Positions 23,045 to 35,071 of a DNA stretch of 64,000 bases are shown here, in pieces. The notes below the pieces were generated by a model. The model worked only from the letters and a program-made list of their open reading frames with translations. It ran no database searches and had not been told where the DNA came from. How positions within the stretch are numbered: the first letter of the stretch is position 1; each line of letters starts with the position of its first letter. This stretch comes from Phoronis australis (Eukaryota; Animalia; Phoronida), in assembly GCA_002633005.1 (NCBI GenBank), contig NMRA01000065.1, positions 983,066-1,047,065 on the forward strand, read 5' to 3'. Both the position numbers and the translations under genes were made by a program.

Positions 23045-24128
23045 CTGAAACAGAGAGCAAACTGTCAAGCCCAGGAAACATGCAAGCAAGGTAAGCGCGC
23101 TTGAGTCACACAAGACAACAATGTAAAAGTATTACTTTAAATAAATCAGGTTTTACAGTAAAAGAAGAATTTTGTGTACGAGTCCTGGAAAGAAATTAAC
23201 ACTGCAATTACCCAGTCTTCAATCAAAAATACAACTTTTGGTTTAGATGACTTATCGTTATGAAATCCATTCCAAAATTTTCATCAGAAGTGGCTCTACA
23301 AGTTGTCACTGCGTGTTTTTAATGCACTGAACAAGACCTCAAGGAATAACGAACTGTCAGTTTTTTGCAAACCCATACATCCCTTCTCAACTGGGTAACG
23401 ATCAAGTTGAGTCCAATTTTATGTGGTAAGAAGTCTGAATCAAAAGTTCGCTTCTTGGACGGAACATTGGTTTATAGCTGCTTAAAGATACAGTTTGGAA
23501 AGATGACGTGTAAAGTCAGTCAAGACATTGTGAGCACCTCTGGTGGCTGTTTGTTATTAATAAGTTAAAGTAATCATAAAATGGCCTTTTGATGACACAA
23601 TCAGCATACGCCCACATGATGAAACAGTCAGCACATGCCCACATGCAAGCATAATATTACTGAAACTTCTTATTGTATTTTCTTTCATTCTTCTAACTAG
23701 TGATTGATAAATGGATTTAAGCATAAATACAAAAAATAATACAGTCAACCGAATCCACTTAATACAGTAAACACAGCAGTTGCAAATGAAATCAAAGACG
23801 AGTGTCCAGCAAAGTTCAAAATTAATTTGAATACATTTCAACCACAAAGGCTTAATTTCATTGTGACACACGGTAAGTGCACCGTACTTGCATACCCACA
23901 GGATGCACTAAACTGCTCAACTTCGCCCCACTCTCTAAACAGTGAGAGAGATGCAGCTTCACCAGACTGCAGCTTTCAGTTTCTGCTCCTAACATTTTTC
24001 ACAAGTGTTGTACATTTCCCAGTTCTGTGGGAGCCTTAGGCATAGGATCTGTTGAACCAAAATTTGAACATGGCCCAGTAATAATAAATAATGTGAAGAA
24101 CTACGACATACACAAATCTAATACATAC

Positions 24129-24236
24129 ACCACACTGAGGCATGGCTGGTTCCTGATAGTCGTCCCATAGTCGACGTGGTACTACCGTCACAGGGACATC
24201 ATGAACCACCACACGAGATAGTGCTGACATTGTTGG
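24129..24236 (-). CDS. HUS1: HUS1 exon 4
   Basis: [36 protein letters not shown]. Confidence 0.94.
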
Positions 24237-25238
24237 CTGAAAGGCAACGTCAATTACTAGTATTCAAACAGTGGGCTTCCGTTCCGTGCATTTACAGGAA
24301 TTATACACTTTTTCAGAGAAGACAATCTTCACCACTCACGGACAACAACGATGTCTCATTAGAGGTACTATAAATGCACATCTTTTTTCATGCACGGCCC
24401 TCGATGCCTCGATTTGGGGTCGAATATCAGCCCCATTCCCCTATGATAAATACTAAAGTCACGCGAAATTCTCTTCCTCGGGGCCAAAACTTCCCCTCCA
24501 GTGATTAAAAAGTCCTCTCAAGGTAAAAATCACTTTGGCAAAAGATTTCATTTCAATTACTTGAGGCATTGTCGATAAGGGGTGAAGACCGGGGATGGAA
24601 TCGGAAGGGGAATTTTCCCCACTACCAAAAAATTCTTCTCTCGGGAAGTACAGGCACCATTCTCATTAGGTGAGTGCTGATGAGAATGCCTCAGCAGGAC
24701 ATGAGTAAGGAAGACTGTCTACCCACAGCCCCAGCCCATATTCATTTACTTACCAACACTATTGTGTACTATCTTACTGGTATCAGGTCAGTTATCTCCA
24801 CATGTTACCACGTGGTTGTTTTCAGTCATAAAAGCATGTTATTATCTTGTAATATCAGGGCACAATAACAATGCCAAGTGATCCACCTTGTGTTTGATAC
24901 CTGAGTTTCATTTCTGTTGATTTATTTCCCTAACTTTTAATTTTCCAACATTGACTTAAAACAGTTCTTCACCCTTTTCATCTGCAACACTTTCATCCTT
25001 CTCACATAACAGTATACATACACTATAGTCCAAATGGAATTCAATGATTGCTTCTGAGGCTAGCTCCTTTACCCTAAACTTATTTATAATCTGGTACAAA
25101 GCTGGGGATTTTCCCTTGACCTATCACTGCATGCGGCTTTAATTTTTCTATATCATACGTGACTTTAAAGTTCCAATGAACAAGCTTCAAAACGACAGGC
25201 ATATAGATTAGAGTTAAACAAACTTCTCTTTGACTCAC

Positions 25239-25415
25239 CAACTCCACTTCAATTGTGAGACACGCCACATGTTTCTTTGTTAGTTTGATTTTGATACTCT
25301 TAGCGTTCTGCGCCGACTTGAGACACCTGACAAGATTCTCAGGCACCAGTTCCAGGTAAATCTCATTGTATTCACTGGAGACACCATCGATGTTATACTC
25401 ATTAAAGAAATGCCC
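25239..25415 (-). CDS. HUS1: HUS1 exon 3
   Basis: [59 protein letters not shown]. Confidence 0.96.
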
Positions 25416-26029
25416 CTGGAAGACAACACTGTCTTAATCCGACATTGTTCAATCAGACACGAAAAAGAAATCGAAGCTAGGATAAAGTGATGCGCAGAAA
25501 ATAAAACTGCATTTTTGTCAAAGATGTGAAAATTATCACGAGAAGAACAACAAATTACTAGTCTGTACAAAATACTAGCCATAACATGATTGTGTTGCCG
25601 TGGTCACACTTCACAACATATACTCGATACAATGATGAAAAGCTTTTGTAAGTAATTACCATGAAAAGTGCAATTTTTAGCATTACTTGGGGCAGATCAC
25701 CAATCAGTGACGTCTTGCAAGTACAGTCAACAGACGAGGACCTCTCCAGTAAAATATAACTAAAACATTCGTTTCTGAATTCTAGATGAGTGCCACAAAT
25801 GAGGCTGCCAGTCCGAGGAAGAATATCCAGGCTCCCTTTTACAACTTCACATAAAAATATAATACTACCTAGTGCCCAACGCCAAACTTGACGCAAAGTT
25901 ACCAAATGCAACTTCACGAAAATCCCAGGTCACCAAACAAAATCTGAAGACGCCAACACAGACGTCGGAATCGTGTCAATCAGAAAAACGTAGTGCCGCA
26001 CTCTGTGCTCTAAGGATAACGCATACCTC

Positions 26030-26187
26030 TTCAATTTCTCCCCATAATAGCATGCACTATTCAATTTCTCCCCATAATAGCATGCACTATTCAATTTCTC
26101 CCCATAATAGCATGCACTATTCAATTTCTCCCCATAATAGCATGCACTATTCAATTTCTCCCCATAATAGCATGCACTATTCAATTT
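26030..26187. repeat. 30-bp minisatellite, 5 perfect copies
   Basis: Unit ttcaatttctccccataatagcatgcacta. Confidence 0.95.
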
Positions 26188-26793
26188 TATATCTCTCTAA
26201 CTCAAGTTCTCCTGCCAACACAGATGATTATTTTCAATCTTTCTAACTCAAGTCCTCTTCGCAACGCAGAAGATCACTTTCACTGGAAAAACGTGTTTTA
26301 TGGACCAAACTTACCCGAATTTTGCCAAACAATTCCAATTTCCGACTGTTTATTTCCTGTTGTGATTTTCCCATGCCTGATATGTGTTGACTAGTGAGGG
26401 TGGCAAACATGCGGATTTCACAAATAAAGAGAACAATTGTGAACCAAAGGTATTGAACCTAGTAATTTAAAGTTTGAAAGCCACCAGAAATTTGGAAACA
26501 GATTTCAGGAGAATTATTGTCCGACTTTGATACTTGCAGTGGCGGCTTCGTCGCGACTTGGGATTTTTCCCAGGTTCCCAAACACAATCAGAAGTCTCAT
26601 TGGCGAACACTGCTACATGGTCATAAGTGTTTAGCACGAGGGCTCTCTTCCAAATAATGGGTAGGGTGTAATGACGCACATTCAAAATCCAGACCAACAT
26701 AATGCCAGCAAAACTGGAGGGAAATGCCCAGATGATACCCAACAAACAAAAAATAAGCCAAGAAGATACCCAACAGGAATGATTCCACGAGCC

Positions 26794-26943
26794 TACCAAT
26801 CCTCGTATGTGATAGCACTCCTACAACCCAAAAAGGTTTATCAGCTTTGATAATGATAATGTGCCATACCAATCCTCGTATGCGATAGCACTCCTACAAC
26901 CTGAAAAGGTTTATCAGCTTTGATAATGAAAATGTGCCATACC
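26794..26943. repeat. 73-bp tandem duplication including the HUS1 exon 2 donor
   Basis: taccaatcctcgtatg...aatgtgcca at 26794 and 26867. Confidence 0.9.
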
Positions 26944-27070
26944 TGCGTGAGCTCACACCAGATGCTGATAGCGCCCTCTATGAGTCTCTCTGTCAGAATG
27001 AAATACAGCTTGTCCTGGTTAAGGCGAAGGATACAGTTTTTGGCCAATTTGGAAACCGTACTTACAATTC
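26943..27070 (-). CDS. HUS1: HUS1 exon 2
   Basis: RIVSTVSKLAKNCILRLNQDKLYFILTERLIEGAISIWCELTQ; tttcag / gtatgg. Confidence 0.95.
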
Positions 27071-28192
27071 CTGAAAGAAAGTACGGTTGCAGAACTTACG
27101 CAGGTGTCATATAAAGGATGTATCGCCCAGGTGTGAAGATTTTTCCATGGAAGGACCAATTCCCAGTGAAAGGGTGGCTATCCAGTTTAAATTCTAAATA
27201 AAAGGAACCATTTTCATAACAGTGCTCTATCCAAGCGTTTATATTAGCTTTGCTGGGTTACAAAAAGATGGTATTCCAAATGGAAATTTGTTGAATTTTA
27301 AATTAATGAATAACCTTTAGAGGAAATAAAATCTATTAACTTCTGAGTGAAGGAGTGACCTTTCTATGGAACATACTTTGTTGATACTGAAAACTGAAAG
27401 TTACAGTATATACTGTGATGTAAAACAGGAAACATATCAACTGAATCAAGCAGAAAAGCAAAAGATGTACGCTGATGTACCATTATCATATGTTCACAAC
27501 AAAATCAGCACACCACCGTTTAAGAAAACGTTCTATAAAAGCAATTAGTATAGCTAGCAAATTGTTAAGTGTTAATGTGTCGTCCCATCTGTGAGGGGTG
27601 GTACAATTTCCTTCAGGCGGCCCTATGGGATGGCCACTGTCACTACTGGGGACAGTTAAGACGATGATACAGTATTCACTCATGTTTTAAACAGTAATAC
27701 CAGAAGATTTCACCTCTTCAAAAATATAATTTATATTTAAAATGACACAGCCTGCCCCAGTCCCAAAAATTTAGCCCAGAGACAAATTTTGTTCGCCCGT
27801 CTCATTGATGAAAACACACACAGGAACAAAGCCGACTTCTAATACTTCTTATACAAAGAGCCTGTTTGTTTGTTTCAGTCAAATGAAAATACAGAAAATG
27901 CATGAACATGTGCTTGTTGTGATGCACACTTGTTCCACGAATAAATGTTCTAATATTAATTACTTTCATGACCTTCACCACCATGTGCCGCCACTTATGT
28001 TATTTTCCTTTGATGCAACATGTTGTCGAGCATGCACATTGGAGCGCAATCCGTAGTTTCCATGGTTAATTGGTGAGTAAGTTGGGGAATTTGATAGAGG
28101 CATATTGTCAACATCAGGTGGTTCCATTTGTATTTAACATTTGTGCCTTCACTAAACAAACATTCATTCATTACGTTAAGCATCAATACCCG

Positions 28193-28925
28193 TAGGCAAT
28201 TACATCGCCCTGGATGCTGCAGGCATACAGGAGCGATAGTTCATCCCTAGAAAAAGTTACGAATTTCAAAATACAGCAAATAAAATCACATGAAACATGC
28301 ACATGGAGTTATAATTAACATATGGCACGAGTCTGGAGATGATTCTCTCAAGATAATTTGAATAAATGGATGAAAATCTGTCGCGGTTTACTTGAGCTTC
28401 TCGTACTGGGTGCCATTTTGAGGAAGTTACGTGAAATCACGCAATGTTGATGAATAAAAAGTCCAAAGGACACAAATCTTAAAAATTTGACCTGATACCT
28501 TCCCATGCAATTTTGCAAGTTTCACGCCGGCCTGTGTCACGGGCTTCGCTTAGTCTCACGCCAGCCTTTGCCTAACTCACGTGACTCAGTTGAAATAGTT
28601 TGTCGTTATCGTGCGCGTGGTGAAAAAGTTAACAATGACCAACAAGTGGAGTTGGAATTTTTCGCCAAAGTCACCTTAATTGCCGTAGCTATACTTCATC
28701 GAAGATATGTGTAGACTGAAGTAGAAAGGAACAATGAAGAAAGTAAGCACTTTTTTAAGGCATAGTTTTAAGTACAGAATGTATTTTTGACGAAGTGAAA
28801 ACTCTCAATCGGTGACCAGATTTGGCCTACCACCCATTTAAAATACACGGGACGAAATTTGTACAGAAAGCGGTGGGAAGTATTGTAGTCCCTAACCGGC
28901 CAACAGAGGAGCTACGTGTTGCCTA
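28193..28925 (+). mobile_element. Uninterrupted TAGGCAA-family non-autonomous DNA transposon
   Basis: Termini TAGGCAA...TTGCCTA; flanks caatacccg / aaataccct (possible degenerate 9-bp TSD); two more copies at 3585-6819. Confidence 0.75.
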
Positions 28926-29045
28926 AAATACCCTCAATTATCAATTTGAAGCGTACTTTAACTGTTCCATTAATTTTAATCAGTAAGAACTCACAAGTCA
29001 CCTGCTCGTCAGTCATATCTTGTCTTGCCCACAGGTGTCCTCATC

Positions 29046-29122
29046 TTCTGATCGTCCCCAATACACTACATACAGTAGTATTATATGTAGTATTATATGT
29101 AGTGTATTGGGGACGATCAGAA
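29046..29122. repeat. Perfect 27-bp inverted repeat, 23-nt spacer (small MITE-like hairpin)
   Basis: ttctgatcgtccccaatacactacata / tatgtagtgtattggggacgatcagaa. Confidence 0.85.
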
Positions 29123-29467
29123 CTGAGCTGAGGACGATTGTGGTCTTGCCTGTGATTACCTACTTACGCAGCACCATCTGAGACGTAGTCAAACGTGGTA
29201 ATAGAACCAGTTATAACTTACAATTATAATGAATCATTCTTGTTTACCATCTATTAATTATAGTGCCATACGAGCGACTGATAAAAGGCACCTGTGCTCT
29301 GAGAGTGGGAGGCCAACCAAAAAGTTGTCGTTCGTTCGGTCAGTGGACGGTGCTCAGTGGACCAATTACTGAATTAGCCAGGTACAAAGCGGTTAGCTTT
29401 GGGGCATCACTGGATAATTTGGAGCTGAAAACCACTTAAATACTAAGACTAACTAATGAATACATAC

Positions 29468-29519
29468 GGGTAAACTGATGAATACAACCAATGTCAACCG
29501 CCTTAGCGCGAAATCGCAT
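29468..29519 (-). CDS. HUS1: Checkpoint clamp (9-1-1) subunit HUS1 exon 1, proximal copy
   Basis: MRFRAKAVDIGCIHQFT(R) versus human MKFRAKIVDGACLNHFTR; donor C|gtatgt. The eight exons total 870 nt = 289 aa + stop. Confidence 0.9.
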
Positions 29520-29712
29520 TTTGACGACTGCTTTTCAAGTTGTCTTCTTGAAATTCCGCGCCATCTTTGCTCAGCTGAGGGCGGCCTCTGGTGGCAATTA
29601 TTGCATCGCAAAAAATGCGGTGTGCTGTGAGTGAACTTTGAATCCTGCTTAATCTCAAGGTCGCGTATGCTTGAACTTCGAATTGAATATTCATTTGGCC
29701 AATTAGGAGAAA

Positions 29713-30151
29713 TTTTTTTTTTTTTTTTTGTCAAAAAGTTTTATTCTCATCGTAATGCAAATACAATAAAGCCAAACAGTATAAACATTCACGCACACAG
29801 TCACGCTCACATTCATACACAGGGGGGCCATTGGTTGTATGTAGTGTAAATTAAAATAAAGGTGCTAGAGGGGCCCATCGTTCCTCGAAGTCGAGATACC
29901 TGCACTGGTTATAGTACATAACCTTTTCTACTTTGTAGTAATCAAAAACAGAATGTTTAAAAAGTGCAAAACATGGTTCTACATTCTGAAGTCTTTGCTT
30001 GTGTATGTGGTACTTGCCTAAACATAAAAGTAGATTTATGATTTTTGGTCCATTAAAGGAGCCAAAAATTACGTAAAAATGATCAAGTTTCATATCAATT
30101 CCGCAGAGGTTTTTTATCCAGTTTTCAACTGTTTTCCAAAAACTTTGGACA
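29713..30151 (-). mobile_element. 3' end of an L1/Tx1-like LINE (ORF2 C-terminus, 3' UTR, polyA), truncated by a gap
   Basis: VQSFWKTVENWI...IINLLLCLGKYHIHK...FEERW is typical of the L1/Tx1 ORF2 tail; stop at 29851, AATAAA at 29740-29745, A17 tail at 29713-29729. Confidence 0.8.
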
Positions 30152-30285
30152 NNNNNNNNNNNNNNNNNNNNNNNNNNNNNNNNNNNNNNNNNNNNNNNNN
30201 NNNNNNNNNNNNNNNNNNNNNNNNNNNNNNNNNNNNNNNNNNNNNNNNNNNNNNNNNNNNNNNNNNNNNNNNNNNNNNNNNNNNN

Positions 30286-30547
30286 TGTTGTAATAATGTG
30301 GAGTCGGTTGGCCGAGAGGACACACAAGTTCGGGCCTATTAACACGGTGCAAGAGAACAATCTGGAGGATACTCACATTGCGTCCGTACAGGACGGCAGC
30401 GAACTCCAGAAGGCCCAGACGATCTTGTCACGTGGTCTTCATGGGTGACTTGTCACGTGGTAGGAGTGTGACATCGGCTGGGCTCTTCTGGCGTTAGATG
30501 TCGCACCAGGCCAAGACCAACATTGTCACGAAAAGGACATCACAACA
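30286..30547. mobile_element. Possible LTR (solo or partial)
   Basis: Begins TGTTGTAAT directly after the gap and ends ATCACAACA (TG...CA with a short inverted terminus). The TSD cannot be seen because of the gap. Confidence 0.4.
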
Positions 30548-30943
30548 TAGAGACGCCACAGCCGAGACTGACGTCGACATTTACTACAGTATTATATGTA
30601 GTATTATATGTAGTGTATTGGGGACGATCAGAACTGAGCTGAGGACGCTTGTGGTCTTGCCTGTGATTACCTACTTACGCAGCACCATCTGAGACGTAGT
30701 CAAACGTGGTAATAGAACCAGTTATAATGAATCATTCTTGTTTACCAACTATTAATTATAGTGCCATACGAGCGACTGATAAAAGGCACCTGTGCTCTGA
30801 GAGTAAGAGGCCAACCAAAAAGTTGTCGTTCGTTCGGTCAGTGGACCAATTAGCCAGGTACAAAGCGGTTAGCTTTGGGGCATCACTGGATAATTTGGAG
30901 CTGAAAACCACTTAAATACTAAGACTAACTAATGAATACATAC

Positions 30944-30995
30944 GGGTAAACTGATGAATACAACCAATGTCAACCGCCTTTGCGCGAAATCGCAT
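30944..30995 (-). CDS. HUS1: HUS1 exon 1, second (distal) copy
   Basis: Same peptide and donor; one synonymous difference (GCA versus GCT). Lies within duplicated block 30588-31193, which matches 29077-29718. Confidence 0.7.
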
Positions 30996-31538
30996 TTTGA
31001 CGACTGCTTTTCAAGTTGTCTTCTTGAAATTCCGCGCCATCTTTGCTCAGCTGAGGGCGGCCTCTGGTGGCAATTATTGCATCGCAAAAAATGCGGTGTG
31101 CTGTGAGTGAACTTTGAATCCTGCTAATCTCAAGGTCGCGTATGCTTGAACTTCGAATTGAATATTCATTTGGCCAATTAGGAGAAATTTTTTGCTCAGT
31201 GTAAAGAATTTTTGTAATTATTGGCTTCATGATCACCCATTTTTCCTCTTACCGTAACTTGGAATATGTGCGTGGTTAAACCAATTATTGTTTGGCGAAT
31301 AAGATCGGCCATATGAATAGTTGAAAAAAGATTGTGTAGATTTTATGTTATTTTACTAATATGTAAATTTGATTTAGTGCATATCCAATTTTTATTAACG
31401 TGAACGTGATTATTTGAGTGAACTTGTCAAGTTTTCTCGTGTATTCCAAGTTTACTCATACCCGATCTTCAGGTTAAGCAACTACAAGATCGATTCCAAG
31501 TTGACGCACATCAGACGGAAAATGATATTCAAAGATGC

Positions 31539-31603
31539 TATCTGGTTGATCCTGTCAATAGTCATATGCTTGTCTCAAAAATTAAGCCATGTATGTCTAA
31601 ATA
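31539..31603 (+). pseudogene. Isolated fragment of the 18S rRNA 5' end
   Basis: tatctggttgatcctgtcaatagtcatatgcttgtctcaaaaattaagccatgtatgtctaaata versus the universal TAYCTGGTTGATCCTGCCAGTAGTCATATGCTTGTCTCAAAGATTAAGCCATGCATGTCTAAGTA (5 substitutions). Similarity stops afterwards. Confidence 0.9.
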
Positions 31604-32971
31604 GAACTAAAGAGCCACGAAGTCGGCTAAAAAGCAAACCGCAGTCTTTAGTCCAACCCATTGCTGTGCATGCCGGGCTGGGAACATAGACATCTTAATA
31701 CCATCTTAATGTGATGTCTATGGCTGCGAATAACACCCTTCGTAGTCCCAGACATAGATTAGTTCAGAGAACCTCTTCATTGTTGCCATTTATTGTGTTG
31801 CGGTTAATCCGGCACCGTGGGCGTGTACGGCTTTTGTACGCGTGGGGGGCGCAGAGTAACAAATTGAAAAATGTTGAGCACCCCCTTCATAATACTCCTA
31901 GATTCAACAATGAACGAAGCGAGTGAAGAAGATCGTCAGGGACATCGGTTTTCAGCCTAAAACAAAGCATTTCTGGGATAGTAGGTTTGTTGGGTGGGAT
32001 AGACTTAATTCTTGTTAGCTTTGGCCAGACTTATAAAACAACAAAATCCTCTGTGATTTTATTAAAAATGACAAATTCTCACCGTTATCTGCCAGACATT
32101 CGCGGAAATCAAGGCCGATAACTTTTACTCTGCTTTATTGTGTGTGATAGGGTAGATCCGCCATTAGAGCGTTTGATTGCCACCGCCACGGAGGTCACAA
32201 GTTTAACTTCGCATTGCGACTAATCTCAAAAAATGACTCTTCTCGCAGATGATGTTCCTTTAAATCTGAATAAAAATTATATCAACTTCATGTCAATTGC
32301 AACGTTCTCACTCTTCTAAAAAACTCAGTGTTGCACTAGCAATACCGTGCCTACTACCGTCGTATCTATTCTTTCCAAACCGTCTGCTCCTTTGGTTGCG
32401 CATCATTTTTACCTGAATACTTGGTCTTAAGGTAAATGCGCGACCTCTGGCCCAATTCAAATCCAAAGTTCAAACTCCCTAAATGTTACACGTCAATGCG
32501 AACAATGGCAATCATCTAGCAGAGTAGAAAGTGCTAAATTTCATCTGTTTGTACAAGCGATGAACGATTTTTCACATGAATGAAATAAAAAATCAGAATA
32601 AATATTTGATCTCTCATCACCAATATTGTAGTCATAACAAACAAACAAGCTGTCAAGTTTTTACAATGGAAGCCATGCTTCAGAATTTCTATAGGAAAGT
32701 CTCATTAATTCATTGTGCGTCAAATCAAACAGTTCAATAACTCTAATGAAATGCACTGTATTCATTTTTTCGAGCTCGGTAATCCCCCTTATGTCCGTCA
32801 AGGGAGTAACATTTGCTTAAAAAAGTGAAACTTGCACGCTAATTCCTTGTCTCTGTGTCTCTGGTCAAATAAGTTAGAAGCACAGCATATTAGCGATGAT
32901 GTGAATACGAAGTAGGTTGAAAATTGACAACAAATGTTTTTAGGAACGAGCTTTGTGTTAAAAATCATCCG

Positions 32972-33051
32972 CCGTGAATCACTCAACCGTGAATCACTCA
33001 ACCGTGAATCACTCAACCGTGAATCACTCAACCGTGAATCACTCAACCGTG
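32972..33051. repeat. 15-bp tandem repeat x5
   Basis: Unit ccgtgaatcactcaa. Confidence 0.95.
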
Positions 33052-34774
33052 TCTAGTAAGTATCGTGACGTGGTGTTGGGGAATAACACTGCATGATGCG
33101 GGTTATGTGAGCCCCTAAGGTACGTCATTAGTGCAAAGGTTACCTATTTGCAGAAGTTTTTTTTGTTTTCACATTTACAAGTTGTCAATCAATACAATAA
33201 TTGCACTTCGTTTAGCGTAGACGATGTTCAAATAGCATTCATGTCGTTTAGTTCTTGTTATACATGAGCATAGTTATAAGCATGCGAATAGTTACATCTT
33301 TAAGATCTCGGTTGCGTCCAGATTGGTCCCGCCGCAATCACCACGAAAGAAACTGCCTTTTTAGAATATGACACATTCTAGATTTTGTATTCAAAACAAT
33401 TTGCAAAACCAAGCGTTGGTTAAATGGAACAATGCCCTCTCTTCCGTATATCAGAATTCGAACACTAGGATTAGAATTTTCATTTCTATCGTAATTAGTG
33501 AAGCTATTTCAAATTAAATTTTATTTGCCAAATATTCATTTTACAATTACAACTATTTCGTAAAAAAACATTAAGTACTATAATTGTATTTATCACTTTG
33601 TGGAATCCCTCTTTCCAAAGAAACATATTATAAAAGATTTGATGCAGTAGTACTTAGAGCCGATCTGCATGGCGTGGAACTGCCCAAGTAGCCGACAATG
33701 ACCCGCTGACAGTATATCCTGTTCAGTTTGGGAGAGACAAACAGGTTAGCGTCATGGACAGTGAAATGAGATGAGTTGGGAAAGACACCGAGGGACAGTG
33801 CCAAGAATGTGGCAAAACACAAAGAACAATAGTTTAAAATTGATATGTTCCTTGATAGGCAACCACTGGAGACATGGACCCAATGGAGACATGGGCCCAT
33901 AGTCTCATCTCAGAACTCAGACTCGACTATGATTCAAGCTCGAAACTTAACCAACCGTGCAGCATAATTTCGGGTACAATCTGTAAGTTAACCCGGAACG
34001 TGTCATGCAACAGATCAATTTTTCGAGTGGAGTTTCGAGTACTGAGATAAGACTCAGGGTGTTACATTAAAGAAGGGAACGCTTTTAGTAACGTGCAGTT
34101 TCGGTGTAATACATTTTTGATTTACGATTTCCCAAAAATAGGAAAAGAGAGGTAATCCATTATTGTGTTCACCTCCGTGCACTAACTGACCTCTTAAGAA
34201 AATGTGAATGATAAAACAGGAAAAGCGTAACCATGAATGCCATAAGCAGGCTCTCTCCAAAAGCTGGGATTCATATGAAATAAATATATTATTAAAATAA
34301 CGGACAGGTATAGCAACACATGACTCCGTTATCCCTAGCGTTAGCGAAATAACACCTTTGCATTAAGTAAAAACTGTCTTCTGAATCAATTTGCTCTGCA
34401 AAATTTATGCACAACAATTTTTTCTTTCACTTTTATGTTTTCGACGTGTGTATGAATAAGAAAGCGTTTTCAAGTGAGCTCAAACAAAACATATTTCAAA
34501 TTTTGAAAGACTAGATGCCCCATACAAAGTGTCCAGACCAGGGCACCCAAAGGGTAAATCCATTCTCAATTTGGCTTGACTAGTGCACTTGCCCCCTACC
34601 TCCTTACCCCCGATTTCCTCCTAGGCAGTGGCAACGACGGTTTCACTTCCATCTCTGAGAATTATTAGGGGCACGTACCGTGCCGCCCCCTGGCTAGTGC
34701 TTAGAGAGGTGCTCACCCCCCCCCGCCCCGTGCCCTGCTCCCCTGTCCCCCCTCCCCCCGCTTCCTACGCCTAT

Positions 34775-34951
34775 GGACCGTGTTTGGCGGTCCGTTAACC
34801 GTGTTTCCTCGTGAATATGAGTCCGTGTCCCGTGTATATGGGTGCGTGGATCGTGTTTTGTGAGTCTGTTCCCGTGTTTGTGAGTCAGTGGACGGTGTTT
34901 GCCGGTCCGTGAGTCGTGTTCATGCGTCCGTTCCCGTGTTTTTGACCGTGT
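34775..34951. repeat. Degenerate CCGTG-rich minisatellite
   Basis: Recurring ccgtgtt / gtccgt motifs. Confidence 0.6.
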
Positions 34952-34970
34952 AGTTTAGGTACCTTGTGTA

Positions 34971-35071
34971 TCATGCGATCAGGCTCACATGCGGGTCAGA
35001 ATTTTAATTCTGACCCGCATGTGAGCCTGATCGCATGACACAGCGTGTCTGTTACAACAGACACGCTGTGT
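34971..35071. repeat. Two abutting perfect palindromes
   Basis: 33-bp arms 34971-35003 / 35006-35038 (loop TT); 16-bp arms 35038-35053 / 35056-35071 (loop AC). Confidence 0.95.

Noticed and set aside
31539-31700. Functional rRNA gene
   Set aside because: Only about 65 nt match, with substitutions at universally conserved positions; no other rDNA is present.
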